64,000 nt of DNA. Origin: an uncultured Oscillospiraceae bacterium (lineage in GTDB: Bacteria; Bacillota; Clostridia; Oscillospirales; Ruminococcaceae). This document shows positions 20,000-29,815 of the stretch, one piece after another. Location: NCBI GenBank assembly GCA_964369265.1, contig CAYJEV010000001.1, positions 2,917 to 66,916 on the forward strand, read 5' to 3'. A program made the position numbers and the translations under genes. The notes under the pieces were generated by a model. The model was given only the letters and a program-made list of their open reading frames with translations. It was not told where the DNA came from and did not search any database. Position 1 is the first letter of the stretch. The number at the start of each line of letters is the position of its first letter.

Positions 20000-21088
20000 A
20001 TGTCACAAAAAGCTTATTTAGTGCTAGAAAATGGGATGGTTTTTGAAGGTAATTCCTTAGGAGCTGTCGGAGAGGTTATTGGTGAAATAGTTTTCACAAC
20101 AGGCATGACTGGTTATCTTGAAACTCTAACTGACAAGAGTTACTATGGTCAAATCATAACACAAACTTTTCCTTTAATAGGGAACTATGGTGTAATTCCT
20201 GATGTTTTTGAAGCAAAAAAGATATCAGCAAGGGGTTACATTGTAAAACACGCATGTGAAGATCCTTCAAACTTTAGATGCGAGGGCGACTTAGACTCTT
20301 GGTTAAAATCACAAAACATCATCGGTATTAGTGGAATTGATACAAGGCAGCTAACTAAAATTCTTCGTGAACAAGGAACAATGAATGGAGTTATCACAAC
20401 TAATCCTGACAAAGTAGACATGGAAGCTGTTAAGGCATATACAATTGTAGATGCAGTTAAAAGCGTTTCTGTAACTGAAGAAGTCGTGGTAAATCCAGAG
20501 GGTGAGTATTCTGTTGCTTTATTTGACTATGGCTATAAAGAGAATATTCTGCGCTCCTTAGTATCAAGAGGCTGTAAAGTTACAATTCTTCCATACAACA
20601 CATCACCAGAGAGAGTTAAGGCTTTGAACCTAGACGGAATTATGTTAAGTAATGGCCCTGGAGATCCAGCAGAAAACGTTGAGGTTATTGAAAACCTAAA
20701 AACTATAACTAAAATGGGTATTCCTATTTTTGGTATATGCTTAGGTCATCAGCTATTAGCTCTGCAAGCAGGCTTTAAAACTGGCAAGCTAAAGTATGGT
20801 CATCGTGGAGGAAACCAACCAGCTAAAGACCTAGACACAGGCAGAACTTATATCACAAGCCAAAATCATGGTTATGCAGTTGAAGATGATACTATTGATG
20901 AGAGCGTTGCAAGACTATGGATGATAAATGTAAATGACAACACTTGCGAGGGTATTAGATATAAAGAAGGCTCTATTTTCTCTGTGCAATACCATCCAGA
21001 AGGCTGCTGCGGACCTCAAGACACAGGACATTTATTTGACGAATTTATAAAGGAGATAAAGAATTATGCCGCTATTAAAAACAATTAA
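20000..21088 (+). CDS. carA: carbamoyl-phosphate synthase small (glutaminase) subunit
   Basis: Triad region GICLGHQLL and HGYAV. It starts 4 nt after the purF stop. Confidence 0.9.
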   Translation: MSQKAYLVLENGMVFEGNSLGAVGEVIGEIVFTTGMTGYLETLTDKSYYGQIITQTFPLIGNYGVIPDVFEAKKISARGYIVKHACEDPSNFRCEGDLDSWLKSQNIIGISGIDTRQLTKILREQGTMNGVITTNPDKVDMEAVKAYTIVDAVKSVSVTEEVVVNPEGEYSVALFDYGYKENILRSLVSRGCKVTILPYNTSPERVKALNLDGIMLSNGPGDPAENVEVIENLKTITKMGIPIFGICLGHQLLALQAGFKTGKLKYGHRGGNQPAKDLDTGRTYITSQNHGYAVEDDTIDESVARLWMINVNDNTCEGIRYKEGSIFSVQYHPEGCCGPQDTGHLFDEFIKEIKNYAAIKNN

Positions 21089-24000
21089 GAAAGTACTAGT
21101 AATAGGTTCAGGCCCTATAGTAATCGGACAAGCGGCAGAATTTGACTATGCTGGTACGCAAGCTTGTCGTATATTAAAAGAAGAGGGTGTGCAGATTATC
21201 CTTGTAAACAGCAATCCAGCAACTATCATGACTGATAATGCGATGGCTGATAAAATTTACATTGAGCCGCTAACTCTTCCAACAATTAAACGTATTATAG
21301 AAAAGGAAAGACCAGACAGCATCCTTTCAGGTCTTGGCGGACAAACAGGCTTAACTCTATGTATGCAACTTGCAAAAGATGGCTACCTAGAGGAGATGGG
21401 CGTTAAGCTGTTAGGTTCTTCTGCTGAAACTATTGATAAGGCAGAGGATAGACAAATCTTCAAAGATACTATGGAGAAGATAGGACAGCCTTGTATTCCT
21501 TCTCTAACTGTGCATGAGCTTGAAGAAGCAGTTGATTTTGCTAATAAAATTGGCTACCCTGTAATAGTTCGTCCAGCTTTCACATTAGGTGGTAGTGGCG
21601 GCGGTATTGCTGATGATGAGAAGACATTAAGAGAAATCGCTAAAAATGGTCTTGCAATGTCACCAATTCACCAAATTCTAGTCGAGAGATCAGTTGCTGG
21701 CTGGAAAGAGATAGAGTTTGAGGTTATGAGAGATAGCATTGGTAACTGTATAGCAGTGTGTTCAATGGAGAACTTTGACCCAGTTGGCGTTCACACAGGA
21801 GATAGTATCGTTATTGCTCCTGCTGTAACTTTAAGTGATACTGAATATCAAATGCTAAGACGTGCAGCTCTTGACATTATTGAAGAGCTAGGAGTTGAGG
21901 GAGGCTGTAACTGCCAGTTCGCTTTGGATCCTCATTCAATGAACTATGGTGTAATTGAGGTTAACCCTCGTGTATCTCGTTCCTCTGCGCTTGCTTCTAA
22001 GGCGACTGGTTATCCAATCGCTAAGGTTGCAACTAAGATAGCCCTAGGTTACACATTAGACGAAATCCCAAATGCAGTTACAGGCAAAACATTTGCAGCA
22101 TTTGAGCCAACCCTAGACTATGTTGCGGTTAAATTCCCAAAATGGCCTTTTGACAAGTTTGTGTATGCAAAGAAAGATCTTGGCACACAAATGAAGGCAA
22201 CTGGCGAGGTAATGTCAATTTCTGATACTTTTGAAGATGCAATACTAAAGGCTGTTAGAGGCGCTGAAATCGGGCTGTCTGATTTAAATATGCCAAAGCT
22301 AAAATCGCTATCAAATGAAGAGATTTACAGCCTATTAAATAAAGCAACTGATGAGAGATTATTTGTTGTGTACGAAGCTCTACTAAGAGGATATACTGTC
22401 GATGAGATACACAACATAACAAAAATTGATAGATGGTTCTTGAATAAGCTTGTATATATCAAAAATGATAAGCTAAGCAAAGAGCCGTTTATATATAAAA
22501 TGGTTGATACTTGTGGTGGTGAGTTCGAAGCTGTAACTCCATACTTCTATTCAATTCGCAGCAAAGGCGAAAATGAGGCTCTTCCATTCATTGAAAAGAG
22601 CGAGAAGGAAAGAGTTGTAGTTTTAGGTAGTGGACCAATTAGAATCGGTCAAGGTATAGAGTTTGACTATTCTTCTGTGCATTGTGTTAACACACTTAAA
22701 GGCATGGGATATGAAGTTATTGTTATTAACAACAACCCAGAAACTGTTTCAACAGACTTTGATACTGCTGATAGACTATATTTTGAGCCGCTTTGTATTG
22801 ATGATGTGATGAGCATTATAGAAATTGAAAAGCCAATTGGTGTTATTGTTGCTTTTGGTGGTGGTACAGCTATTAAGCTAACTCAAAAGCTTCATGACAG
22901 AGGTGTAACTATATTAGGTACATCTGCCGATAGTATTGATGCTTGTGAAGATAGAGAGAGATTTGATGATTTACTTCAAAGCTTAGATATTGATCGTCCT
23001 CGTGGTTATTGTATTATGACAAAAGAGGAAGCTTTTGATGCAGCAAAAAACTTAGGTTACCCTGTTCTAATGCGTCCATCTTATGTTCTTGGCGGACAAA
23101 ATATGATTATTGCCTTCTCTGATTCTGACATAAGCGAGTATATGGATATTATCATGCGCCAAAAGCAAGATAACCCAGTGCTTATCGACAAGTACCTAAG
23201 CGGTATGGAGGTTGAGGTTGATGCTATTTGTGATGGCGAAAAAATCTTAATTCCTGGTATTATGGAGCATATTGAGAGAACTGGTGTTCACTCAGGAGAT
23301 AGTATCGCTGTATATCCTGCTGTTCATGTTGAAGACGATATGGCAAATAGAATTTTTGAATGCACAGAAAAGATTTGTATGGCGCTTAATGTTAAGGGGC
23401 TTGTTAACCTTCAATACATTGTTATAGGCGACAAGCTATATGTAATCGAAGTTAACCCAAGAGCTTCAAGAACAGTACCTTACCTAAGCAAGGTAACTGG
23501 TGTTCCAATTTGTGAGCTTGCAACAAAGGCAAGTTTAGGTATGAAGATGGAAGATCTAGGCTACGGCACTGGAATATATAAAGTGCCACCATATGTCGCT
23601 GTTAAAGTTCCAGTGTTCTCATTTGAAAAACTAACAGATGTAGATACACATTTAGGACCTGAAATGAAGTCAACAGGCGAGGTGCTTGGTATTGGCAAGA
23701 CATTAAAGGAGGCATTATACAAAGGCCTTGTTGCTGCAAACTACAAAATGAATGCTAAGGGCAGTGTGTTCATGACTGTTCGTAACACAGACAAGGGAGA
23801 GATAGCTGAAATAGCTAAGAAATTCTCTCAACTAGGTTTCACATTATGTGCAACTGATGGTACTGCTGACGTTATCAGAGCCGCTGGGCTTGATGTTAAG
23901 GTTATAAATAAAATCCATGAAAACCCAGAAGAAAATACAATGACACTTCTTGAGAGCGGAACTGTTTCATACATTATCTCAACTTCTGAAAGAGGAAGAA

Positions 24001-24938
24001 ACCCTGTTGATGATGATGTTAAGATTAGAAGACGTGCTTGTAACTTAGGCATACCATCACTAACATCACTTGATACAGCAAACGCTCTAGCAGACAGCTT
24101 ACTAAGCCGTCACAGCGAAAAGAATACAGAGCTTGTTGACATCAACAACATGAGAACAGAGAGAGTTAATCTTGATTTCTCTAAAATGCAGAGTGGTGGA
24201 AACGACTATGTATTTATCAACTGCATTGACAATGAGGTTAACTCACCAGAGAGCTTATCAGCTATATTATCTGATCGTCACATGGCGATTGGTGCAGATG
24301 GAGTTATTTCTATATCTAAGAGCAACATAGCAGATGTTAAGATGACTATATTTGACTTAGATGGTTCTGAGAGAGCTATGTGCGGTAATGCTATTCGTTG
24401 TGCTGTTAAATACCTATATGATAAGGGCATTGTTGTTAAGAAGGTGTATACAATTGAAACAGGCGATGGAGTAAAGACTCTTCATATAAATACTCAATAT
24501 GGTATTGTTTCTTCTGTTAAAATGTATATGGGCAATGCAACTGTTAAGATATCTGATACTAAGACAAGTCTTCAAGGCATTGATAGAGAAACAGCAGTTG
24601 TAAACTTTAAAAATAGCCATAAGGTTATTTTATGCGAAGAGGTTGCAAGTGTGGATCTTGCTTCATTAGCGACAGATAGCAATGTTGAAATCTTAAAGAT
24701 TATTGACAAAAACACAATAAAAGTAAGAGCTTTTGAATATGGAGTAGGCGAGAACTATTCATATGACGAGGGCGTGTGTGCAGCGGCAGTTGCAGCTGTT
24801 CAAATGGGATATTGTGATAGAAAGTCCGACATTAGAGTATTATCTATAAATGGCGAAATGACAGTTAACTTTACAGGTGACTCTGTATTCTTAACTGGCG
24901 AAGCTAATAGAGTGTTCGATGGTGTTATTGAACTATAA
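21066..24938 (+). CDS. carB: carbamoyl-phosphate synthase large subunit with an in-frame C-terminal DapF-like extension (1290 codons)
   Basis: Two ATP-grasp halves (VLVIGSGPIVIGQAAEFDYAGTQA and VVVLGSGPIRIGQGIEFDYSSVH) plus an MGS-like domain. The ORF then continues without a stop into a DAP-epimerase-like sequence. Confidence 0.85.
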   Translation: MPLLKTIKKVLVIGSGPIVIGQAAEFDYAGTQACRILKEEGVQIILVNSNPATIMTDNAMADKIYIEPLTLPTIKRIIEKERPDSILSGLGGQTGLTLCMQLAKDGYLEEMGVKLLGSSAETIDKAEDRQIFKDTMEKIGQPCIPSLTVHELEEAVDFANKIGYPVIVRPAFTLGGSGGGIADDEKTLREIAKNGLAMSPIHQILVERSVAGWKEIEFEVMRDSIGNCIAVCSMENFDPVGVHTGDSIVIAPAVTLSDTEYQMLRRAALDIIEELGVEGGCNCQFALDPHSMNYGVIEVNPRVSRSSALASKATGYPIAKVATKIALGYTLDEIPNAVTGKTFAAFEPTLDYVAVKFPKWPFDKFVYAKKDLGTQMKATGEVMSISDTFEDAILKAVRGAEIGLSDLNMPKLKSLSNEEIYSLLNKATDERLFVVYEALLRGYTVDEIHNITKIDRWFLNKLVYIKNDKLSKEPFIYKMVDTCGGEFEAVTPYFYSIRSKGENEALPFIEKSEKERVVVLGSGPIRIGQGIEFDYSSVHCVNTLKGMGYEVIVINNNPETVSTDFDTADRLYFEPLCIDDVMSIIEIEKPIGVIVAFGGGTAIKLTQKLHDRGVTILGTSADSIDACEDRERFDDLLQSLDIDRPRGYCIMTKEEAFDAAKNLGYPVLMRPSYVLGGQNMIIAFSDSDISEYMDIIMRQKQDNPVLIDKYLSGMEVEVDAICDGEKILIPGIMEHIERTGVHSGDSIAVYPAVHVEDDMANRIFECTEKICMALNVKGLVNLQYIVIGDKLYVIEVNPRASRTVPYLSKVTGVPICELATKASLGMKMEDLGYGTGIYKVPPYVAVKVPVFSFEKLTDVDTHLGPEMKSTGEVLGIGKTLKEALYKGLVAANYKMNAKGSVFMTVRNTDKGEIAEIAKKFSQLGFTLCATDGTADVIRAAGLDVKVINKIHENPEENTMTLLESGTVSYIISTSERGRNPVDDDVKIRRRACNLGIPSLTSLDTANALADSLLSRHSEKNTELVDINNMRTERVNLDFSKMQSGGNDYVFINCIDNEVNSPESLSAILSDRHMAIGADGVISISKSNIADVKMTIFDLDGSERAMCGNAIRCAVKYLYDKGIVVKKVYTIETGDGVKTLHINTQYGIVSSVKMYMGNATVKISDTKTSLQGIDRETAVVNFKNSHKVILCEEVASVDLASLATDSNVEILKIIDKNTIKVRAFEYGVGENYSYDEGVCAAAVAAVQMGYCDRKSDIRVLSINGEMTVNFTGDSVFLTGEANRVFDGVIEL
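24150..24938 (+). other. DapF (diaminopimelate epimerase)-like domain fused to CarB
   Basis: MRTERVNLDFSKMQSGGNDYVFI, DGSERAMCGNAIRC and FEYGVGENYSYDEGVCAAAVAA resemble DapF motifs. An ATGA motif lies at junction 24150-24153. Confidence 0.7.
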
Positions 24939-24952
24939 GAATAAATAAGACT

Positions 24953-24982
24953 AAAGCCTCAGCTGTTTTTTGCTGAGGCTTT
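24953..24982 (+). terminator. intrinsic terminator after carB
   Basis: AAAGCCTCAGC / GCTGAGGCTTT 11-bp stem around a TGTTTTTT loop. Confidence 0.7.
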
Positions 24983-25017
24983 AGGAGTTTAACAATTTTT
25001 AAAAAGGAGCGGGGAAA

Positions 25018-25749
25018 ATGAGAGATTATGGTATTGAACTTAAAAATAGGGTAGCCTTTATAAAAAAAGTAGTTGAAGATGCTGGGGTTGAGGGGATAGT
25101 TTTTGGCAACAGTGGCGGAAAAGATAGCGCTTTAGTCGGTATACTCTGCAAGATGGCTTGCGAAAACACAGTTGGAATTATCATGCCTTGTGGTTCTGGG
25201 CGAAACTATAAGGAAGATAAGCAAGATGCTGAGAGTGTTGCAAATAAGTTTAATATAGAAATTAGAATTGTTGATTTGAAACAAAGCTTTGAAGAAGTTA
25301 AAAAAGCAGTATCAAATGCAACAACTTTAAATGGCATAGCGACAACCAACATAGCTCCTCGCCTAAGAATGACAACACTATATGCTATTGCTGCTAGTGA
25401 AAACAGGCTTGTTGCAGGAACTGGCAACAAGAGCGAAGGGCATATGGGTTACTTCACTAAGTTTGGAGATGGTGGACATGACTTTAACCCTATTTCTGAC
25501 TTAACAGTAACTGAAATATTCGAGTTCTTGAGATATTTAGAAGCTCCTATCTCTATTATTGAAAAAGCTCCTTCTGCTGGTTTGTTTGATGGTCAAACTG
25601 ACGAGCTTGAAATGGGAGTTAGCTATGCTGCGATTGATAAATACTTAAGTGGTGAACAAGTTACTGAGCAAGAGAAGGTTATTATTGAAAGATACCACAA
25701 TAGAAGCCATCATAAGAGAAGAATGCCTCTTAAGTTCGCAGAAAATTAA
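25018..25749 (+). CDS. nadE: NH3-dependent NAD+ synthetase
   Basis: PP-loop FGNSGGKDSAL; 243 aa. Confidence 0.85.
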   Translation: MRDYGIELKNRVAFIKKVVEDAGVEGIVFGNSGGKDSALVGILCKMACENTVGIIMPCGSGRNYKEDKQDAESVANKFNIEIRIVDLKQSFEEVKKAVSNATTLNGIATTNIAPRLRMTTLYAIAASENRLVAGTGNKSEGHMGYFTKFGDGGHDFNPISDLTVTEIFEFLRYLEAPISIIEKAPSAGLFDGQTDELEMGVSYAAIDKYLSGEQVTEQEKVIIERYHNRSHHKRRMPLKFAEN

Positions 25750-25750
25750 C

Positions 25751-25779
25751 TTGACTTTTTAAGTAAAATGCTGTAGTAT
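25751..25779 (+). promoter_or_regulatory. candidate promoter of the riboswitch-controlled ABC operon
   Basis: TTGACT (25751-25756), 17 nt, TAGTAT (25774-25779). Confidence 0.45.
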
Positions 25780-25787
25780 TATAAAGC

Positions 25788-25940
25788 TATCGGTTGCTTA
25801 ACTGCAATAATAGGGAATTAGGTGAGAATCCTAAACAGTCCTGCTGGCGTATTGACTAGTTATCTTTAATATACCACTGAGCCTTAGCTTGGGAAGGTGA
25901 AGATAATGCTTGATGTCTAAGTCGTAAGACCTGCCGATGC
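25788..25940 (+). promoter_or_regulatory. cobalamin (B12) riboswitch
   Basis: Conserved blocks AGGGAA, GGTGAGAATCC, CCACTG, GGGAAGG and a B12-box-like AAGTCGTAAGACCTGCCGAT. The outer helix is ATCGG/CCGAT. It lies upstream of a BtuF-type transporter. Confidence 0.85.
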
Positions 25941-26016
25941 TTAATTCAACACTGTCTACAGGATATAGACATGAATTGTCAAATGCAGCCTTATGCTATA
26001 TTTCAATTTTTACTAC

Positions 26017-26045
26017 TCCTGTCTTTAGGCAGGAGTTTATTTTTT
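26017..26045 (+). terminator. riboswitch expression-platform terminator
   Basis: CTCCTG...CAGGAG hairpin followed by TTTATTTTTT. Confidence 0.65.
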
Positions 26046-26058
26046 GAGGAGAAAAACT

Positions 26059-27039
26059 ATGAAAAAAATCCTAGTGTGCCTATTGGCATCAATGACCATC
26101 ATGAGCTTAACAGCTTGTCAGGAGACAGGGGCTTCTTCTGAAGTAGCTAGCGAGGCGGTAGCCAGCTCTGAGGTAGCAAGCTCTGAGGCTGTAACTGAGG
26201 AAGTAGACACAGTTATTGACCTAGCTGGAAATGAAATTACTTTACCAGCTGAAGTAGATAAGATTATATCCCTAGCGCCATCAAACACAGAAGTTATTGT
26301 TGGGCTTGGCAAGGCTGATATGCTTGTAGCAGTAGACAAATACTCTGCTGAAGTTGAAGGCGTTGCTGAAGGCCTACCACTATTTGATATAATGACACCA
26401 GACACAGAGCAGATTATTGCAATGGGTGCAGACATCATTCTAACAACAGGGATGAGCAATTCTGATGGTAACGATGTATTTAAGCCACTAACTGATGCTG
26501 GTGTGCTAGTTATTACAATCCCATCTGCTGCAAGCATTGATGAGATATACAAGACTATTGAGCTAATTGGCGATGTTACTAACACAGAAGACAAAGCAGC
26601 AACGATGGTAACTGACATGAAAACTGAAATTGAAGCAATAAGAGCAAAATCAACTGATATTGCAGAAAAGAAAACAGTATATTTTGAGGTTGCTCCAGGA
26701 AGTAACTTATACAGCTTAGGAAACGGCACTTTCATCAATGAGATGATCGAAGTTGTTGGTTGTGTTAATGTATTTGCTGATCAAGAAGGCTGGCTTCCAA
26801 TTTCTGAAGAGGCTGTTATTGACTCTAACCCTGATATTATAATGTCCAAGGCTGGTTACATTGAAGATCCTGTTGCAGACATCCTTGCAAGAGCTAACTG
26901 GGGAAGCATAACAGCTATTAAAAATGGAGATGTTTATTATATTGATGAGGCTTCTAGCTCTCGTGGTAGCCAAAACATCATTAAGGCATTAAAAGAGATG
27001 GCTGTTGCAGCTTACCCAGAGATTTACACAGCTGAATAA
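26059..27039 (+). CDS. ABC transporter substrate-binding lipoprotein, BtuF/FhuD-like (cobalamin or corrinoid)
   Basis: Lipoprotein signal MKKILVCLLASMTIMSLTACQ (lipobox LTAC) and a periplasmic-binding-protein type 8 layout. It sits under the B12 riboswitch. ATG 26059 follows GAGGAG. Confidence 0.8.
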   Translation: MKKILVCLLASMTIMSLTACQETGASSEVASEAVASSEVASSEAVTEEVDTVIDLAGNEITLPAEVDKIISLAPSNTEVIVGLGKADMLVAVDKYSAEVEGVAEGLPLFDIMTPDTEQIIAMGADIILTTGMSNSDGNDVFKPLTDAGVLVITIPSAASIDEIYKTIELIGDVTNTEDKAATMVTDMKTEIEAIRAKSTDIAEKKTVYFEVAPGSNLYSLGNGTFINEMIEVVGCVNVFADQEGWLPISEEAVIDSNPDIIMSKAGYIEDPVADILARANWGSITAIKNGDVYYIDEASSSRGSQNIIKALKEMAVAAYPEIYTAE

Positions 27040-28052
27040 TGAAGACTAAAAATCTGTTTTTGCTGTTAATTCTTTCTTTTATATGCATAGTATTAGCCAT
27101 TGGTATAGGAAGTGTGTTTATTCATCCGGTGGATGTATTTAAAATCATAACAAACTATCTTTTCAATATTAACTATACAGAAATGCCTATAGAATCGCAT
27201 ACTGTTATTTTAACTCAAATCAGATTGCCTCGTGTTGCTCTTGCCTTTGTGGTGGGAGCAATGCTTGCAATTAGTGGTTCTGTTATGCAGTCAGTTTTGA
27301 GGAATCCTCTTGCTTCATCCTACACCTTAGGTATATCCTCAGGCTCGGCAGTTGGAGCGAGTATAGCGATATTATTTGGCTTTTCTTTCTTTGGGAATTT
27401 AACTTTGCCATTCTTTGGGCTTACATTTGGTCTTGGGACAGTTTTGCTAGCTGTTGGAATTGCCAACAGGCTTGATGGTAGCCTTAGCAACACAACCATA
27501 ATACTAATTGGTATGGCATTCTCAATGTTTGCAAATGGAATGATAGCCTTTATTATTGCCTTTGATGACACAACTGCTCAACAAGTGACTTTTTGGCAGA
27601 TGGGTAGCTTTGCGCTAAAAGATTGGTCACATCCTAGAATATTATTGCCAGTCCTGATTATTGGTTTATGTATTGCGCTATATTTTTCAAAAGAAATGGA
27701 TATACTAACTTTTGGTGAAGAGCATGCTCAGGTTAGTGGAGTTAATGTAGTGTCAATAAAATGGGTGCTACTACTATTAAGTGCAACCTTAACTGGTTTT
27801 GCTGTATCTATGTCTGGTGTTATCGGTTTTGTTGATTTATTTACACCACATATTGCAAGAAGGGTATTTGGCTCTAATCATAGATATTCCATACCAACAG
27901 CTGCTATCATGGGTGGTGTGTTTATGTGCTTATGCGATTTGATTGCCAGAAATATAGTCGCACCAATCGAGCTTCCAATAGGCGCAGTAACTTCAACAAT
28001 AGGCGCACCTTTCTTTATATATCTATACTTTAAGGGGAGGGCATCTAAATGA
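27039..28052 (+). CDS. FecCD-family ABC permease (BtuC-like)
   Basis: Polytopic hydrophobic protein with GVIGFVDLFTPHIARR, a FecCD-type motif. Confidence 0.85.
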   Translation: MKTKNLFLLLILSFICIVLAIGIGSVFIHPVDVFKIITNYLFNINYTEMPIESHTVILTQIRLPRVALAFVVGAMLAISGSVMQSVLRNPLASSYTLGISSGSAVGASIAILFGFSFFGNLTLPFFGLTFGLGTVLLAVGIANRLDGSLSNTTIILIGMAFSMFANGMIAFIIAFDDTTAQQVTFWQMGSFALKDWSHPRILLPVLIIGLCIALYFSKEMDILTFGEEHAQVSGVNVVSIKWVLLLLSATLTGFAVSMSGVIGFVDLFTPHIARRVFGSNHRYSIPTAAIMGGVFMCLCDLIARNIVAPIELPIGAVTSTIGAPFFIYLYFKGRASK

Positions 28053-28810
28053 TAGAAGTTAAAAACATATGCGCAGGCTATGATAGGGGAGATGTTCTCC
28101 ACGATGTTTCTTTTTCTGTTAGTGATGGCGAGCATTTATCTATTATAGGACCAAATGGTTGTGGCAAAACAACACTTCTTAGAGTTATCGCTAATGTTAT
28201 CCCATTTAAAGGCGAAGTGCTTATAGATGGCGTTTCTATTAGGGATATGAACAGAAGGGAGCTTGCCAATAAAGTAGCTCTCCTTAGCCAAATGACAAAC
28301 ATCTTCTTTAACTATACAGTTAAAGATACTGTGTTAATGGGAAGATATGCAAAGCAGTCAAAATCCTTTTTAAGTGGTTACTCTGCTAATGATTATGAGA
28401 TAGTTGATAATATTCTTGAAAAGTTAGGGCTTAAAGAACTTGCTAATAAAACCATAATGACATTGTCTGGAGGTCAACTACAAAGGGTAATGTTAGCGAA
28501 AATTCTAGCACAACAACCTGACATTATTCTCTTAGACGAGCCAACTAATCATCTGGATTTGTATTTTCAAATTGAGCTGATTGATTTTATTAAAGAGTGG
28601 GCAAGAGAGAGCGATAAGACAGTTATTGGTGTTTTACACGATATTAGCCTTGCAACAAGGCTCTCAAAGAATACTTTACTCATGAAAAACGGTAAAAAAA
28701 TTGCCTTTGGAGCTATTAGAAAAGAAATATCTGATGATATATTAAAAGATGTATATAATATAGATGTAGCTTCATATATGAAGTCTTCTCTTAGTCTTTG
28801 GGAAGATTAA
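28049..28810 (+). CDS. ABC transporter ATP-binding protein (BtuD/FepC-like)
   Basis: Walker A IIGPNGCGKTTLLR, signature LSGGQLQRVMLA, Walker B IILLDEPTNHLD. ATGA overlap with the permease gene. Confidence 0.85.
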   Translation: MIEVKNICAGYDRGDVLHDVSFSVSDGEHLSIIGPNGCGKTTLLRVIANVIPFKGEVLIDGVSIRDMNRRELANKVALLSQMTNIFFNYTVKDTVLMGRYAKQSKSFLSGYSANDYEIVDNILEKLGLKELANKTIMTLSGGQLQRVMLAKILAQQPDIILLDEPTNHLDLYFQIELIDFIKEWARESDKTVIGVLHDISLATRLSKNTLLMKNGKKIAFGAIRKEISDDILKDVYNIDVASYMKSSLSLWED

Positions 28811-28851
28811 AAAAGCTGTTTCACCTCGAAAATGAAGTGAAACAGCTTTTT
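28810..28851. terminator. bidirectional intrinsic terminator between the ABC operon and spo0A
   Basis: AAAAAGCTGTTTCAC / GTGAAACAGCTTTTT 15-bp arms flanked by A and T runs. Confidence 0.75.
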
Positions 28852-28854
28852 GTG

Positions 28855-29622
28855 TTAGATAATCATCTTTTTTCTTAAACGTAGTCTAAGTCTATCAGCA
28901 ATTTGTGCTATGAACTCAGAATTAGTAGGCTTGCCTTTGTCGTTTTGGATTGTGTATCCAAAATAGGAATCAAGCACATCAACATTTCCTCTGTCCCAAG
29001 CTACTTCAATCGCATGTCTAATAGCTCTTTCAACTCTTGAAGATGTTGTGTTATAAGCTTTAGCAACAGTTGGGTAAAGTTCCTTAGTAACAGAATTCAA
29101 AATATCTGGTGTTTTAATACCAAGAGTTATTGATTCTCTTAGGTAATGGTAGCCCTTAATATGAGCTGGTACACCAATATCGTGAATTACATTTGTGATG
29201 ACTTCCTCAATAGATAAGCTGTCATCAAGCTTTTTGGAAATGTCTAGCGTGTCAATCAACTCGCAAGTTCTCTCAGCAACATTTTCTGCGCTGATTGGTT
29301 TAAGTAGAATGTAGCTTGCGCCTCTTTGGATAAGCTCTCTTCTAAAATCAGAAGCCTCATCTGTAGATAGGATTACAAACTTACATCTTGGTATCAGCCC
29401 AGTTTTTTTAGCGGCTGATAGCACACCAAAAGCATCTAGCTTTGGCATGAAGAGATCCATTAGGACAGCTAAAGGCTGATGCTCATTAGCTAAGCTAAGA
29501 AGGATTTCTCCGTCATTAGGACATACAACAGTTTCTAGTCCTCTTTTGGCAAACTCTTTTGACACTAACTCAGAAAAGCTTGCACCATCATCTAATAAAA
29601 GTATTTTTCGCCCAGAATGCAT
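28855..29622 (-). CDS. spo0A: stage 0 sporulation protein A (response regulator)
   Basis: Receiver domain ([20 protein letters not shown]) plus the diagnostic Spo0A C-terminal domain ([30 protein letters not shown]). Confidence 0.9.
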   Translation of the reverse strand: MHSGRKILLLDDGASFSELVSKEFAKRGLETVVCPNDGEILLSLANEHQPLAVLMDLFMPKLDAFGVLSAAKKTGLIPRCKFVILSTDEASDFRRELIQRGASYILLKPISAENVAERTCELIDTLDISKKLDDSLSIEEVITNVIHDIGVPAHIKGYHYLRESITLGIKTPDILNSVTKELYPTVAKAYNTTSSRVERAIRHAIEVAWDRGNVDVLDSYFGYTIQNDKGKPTNSEFIAQIADRLRLRLRKKMII

Positions 29623-29797
29623 AATGTTCCTCCAACATCATTTTTTTAGTGTTATCACTATGCTGTAAATATTACCATACTATTTAGCAAATTGCAAGGC
29701 TTTTTGGAAAATAATTTCCAAAAATTGGTAAAAGTTAAATTGCAACAGTGATGTACTCGCATTGTATCACCTTATAACAATTTATGCAACATGATTT

Positions 29798-29815
29798 AAG
29801 TCGAATAATGTCGAG
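29798..29815 (+). promoter_or_regulatory. two tandem 0A-box-like sites in the spo0A / GNAT divergent region
   Basis: AGTCGAA (29799-29805) and TGTCGAG (29809-29815), 10 bp apart, resemble the TGTCGAA 0A box. Confidence 0.4.
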
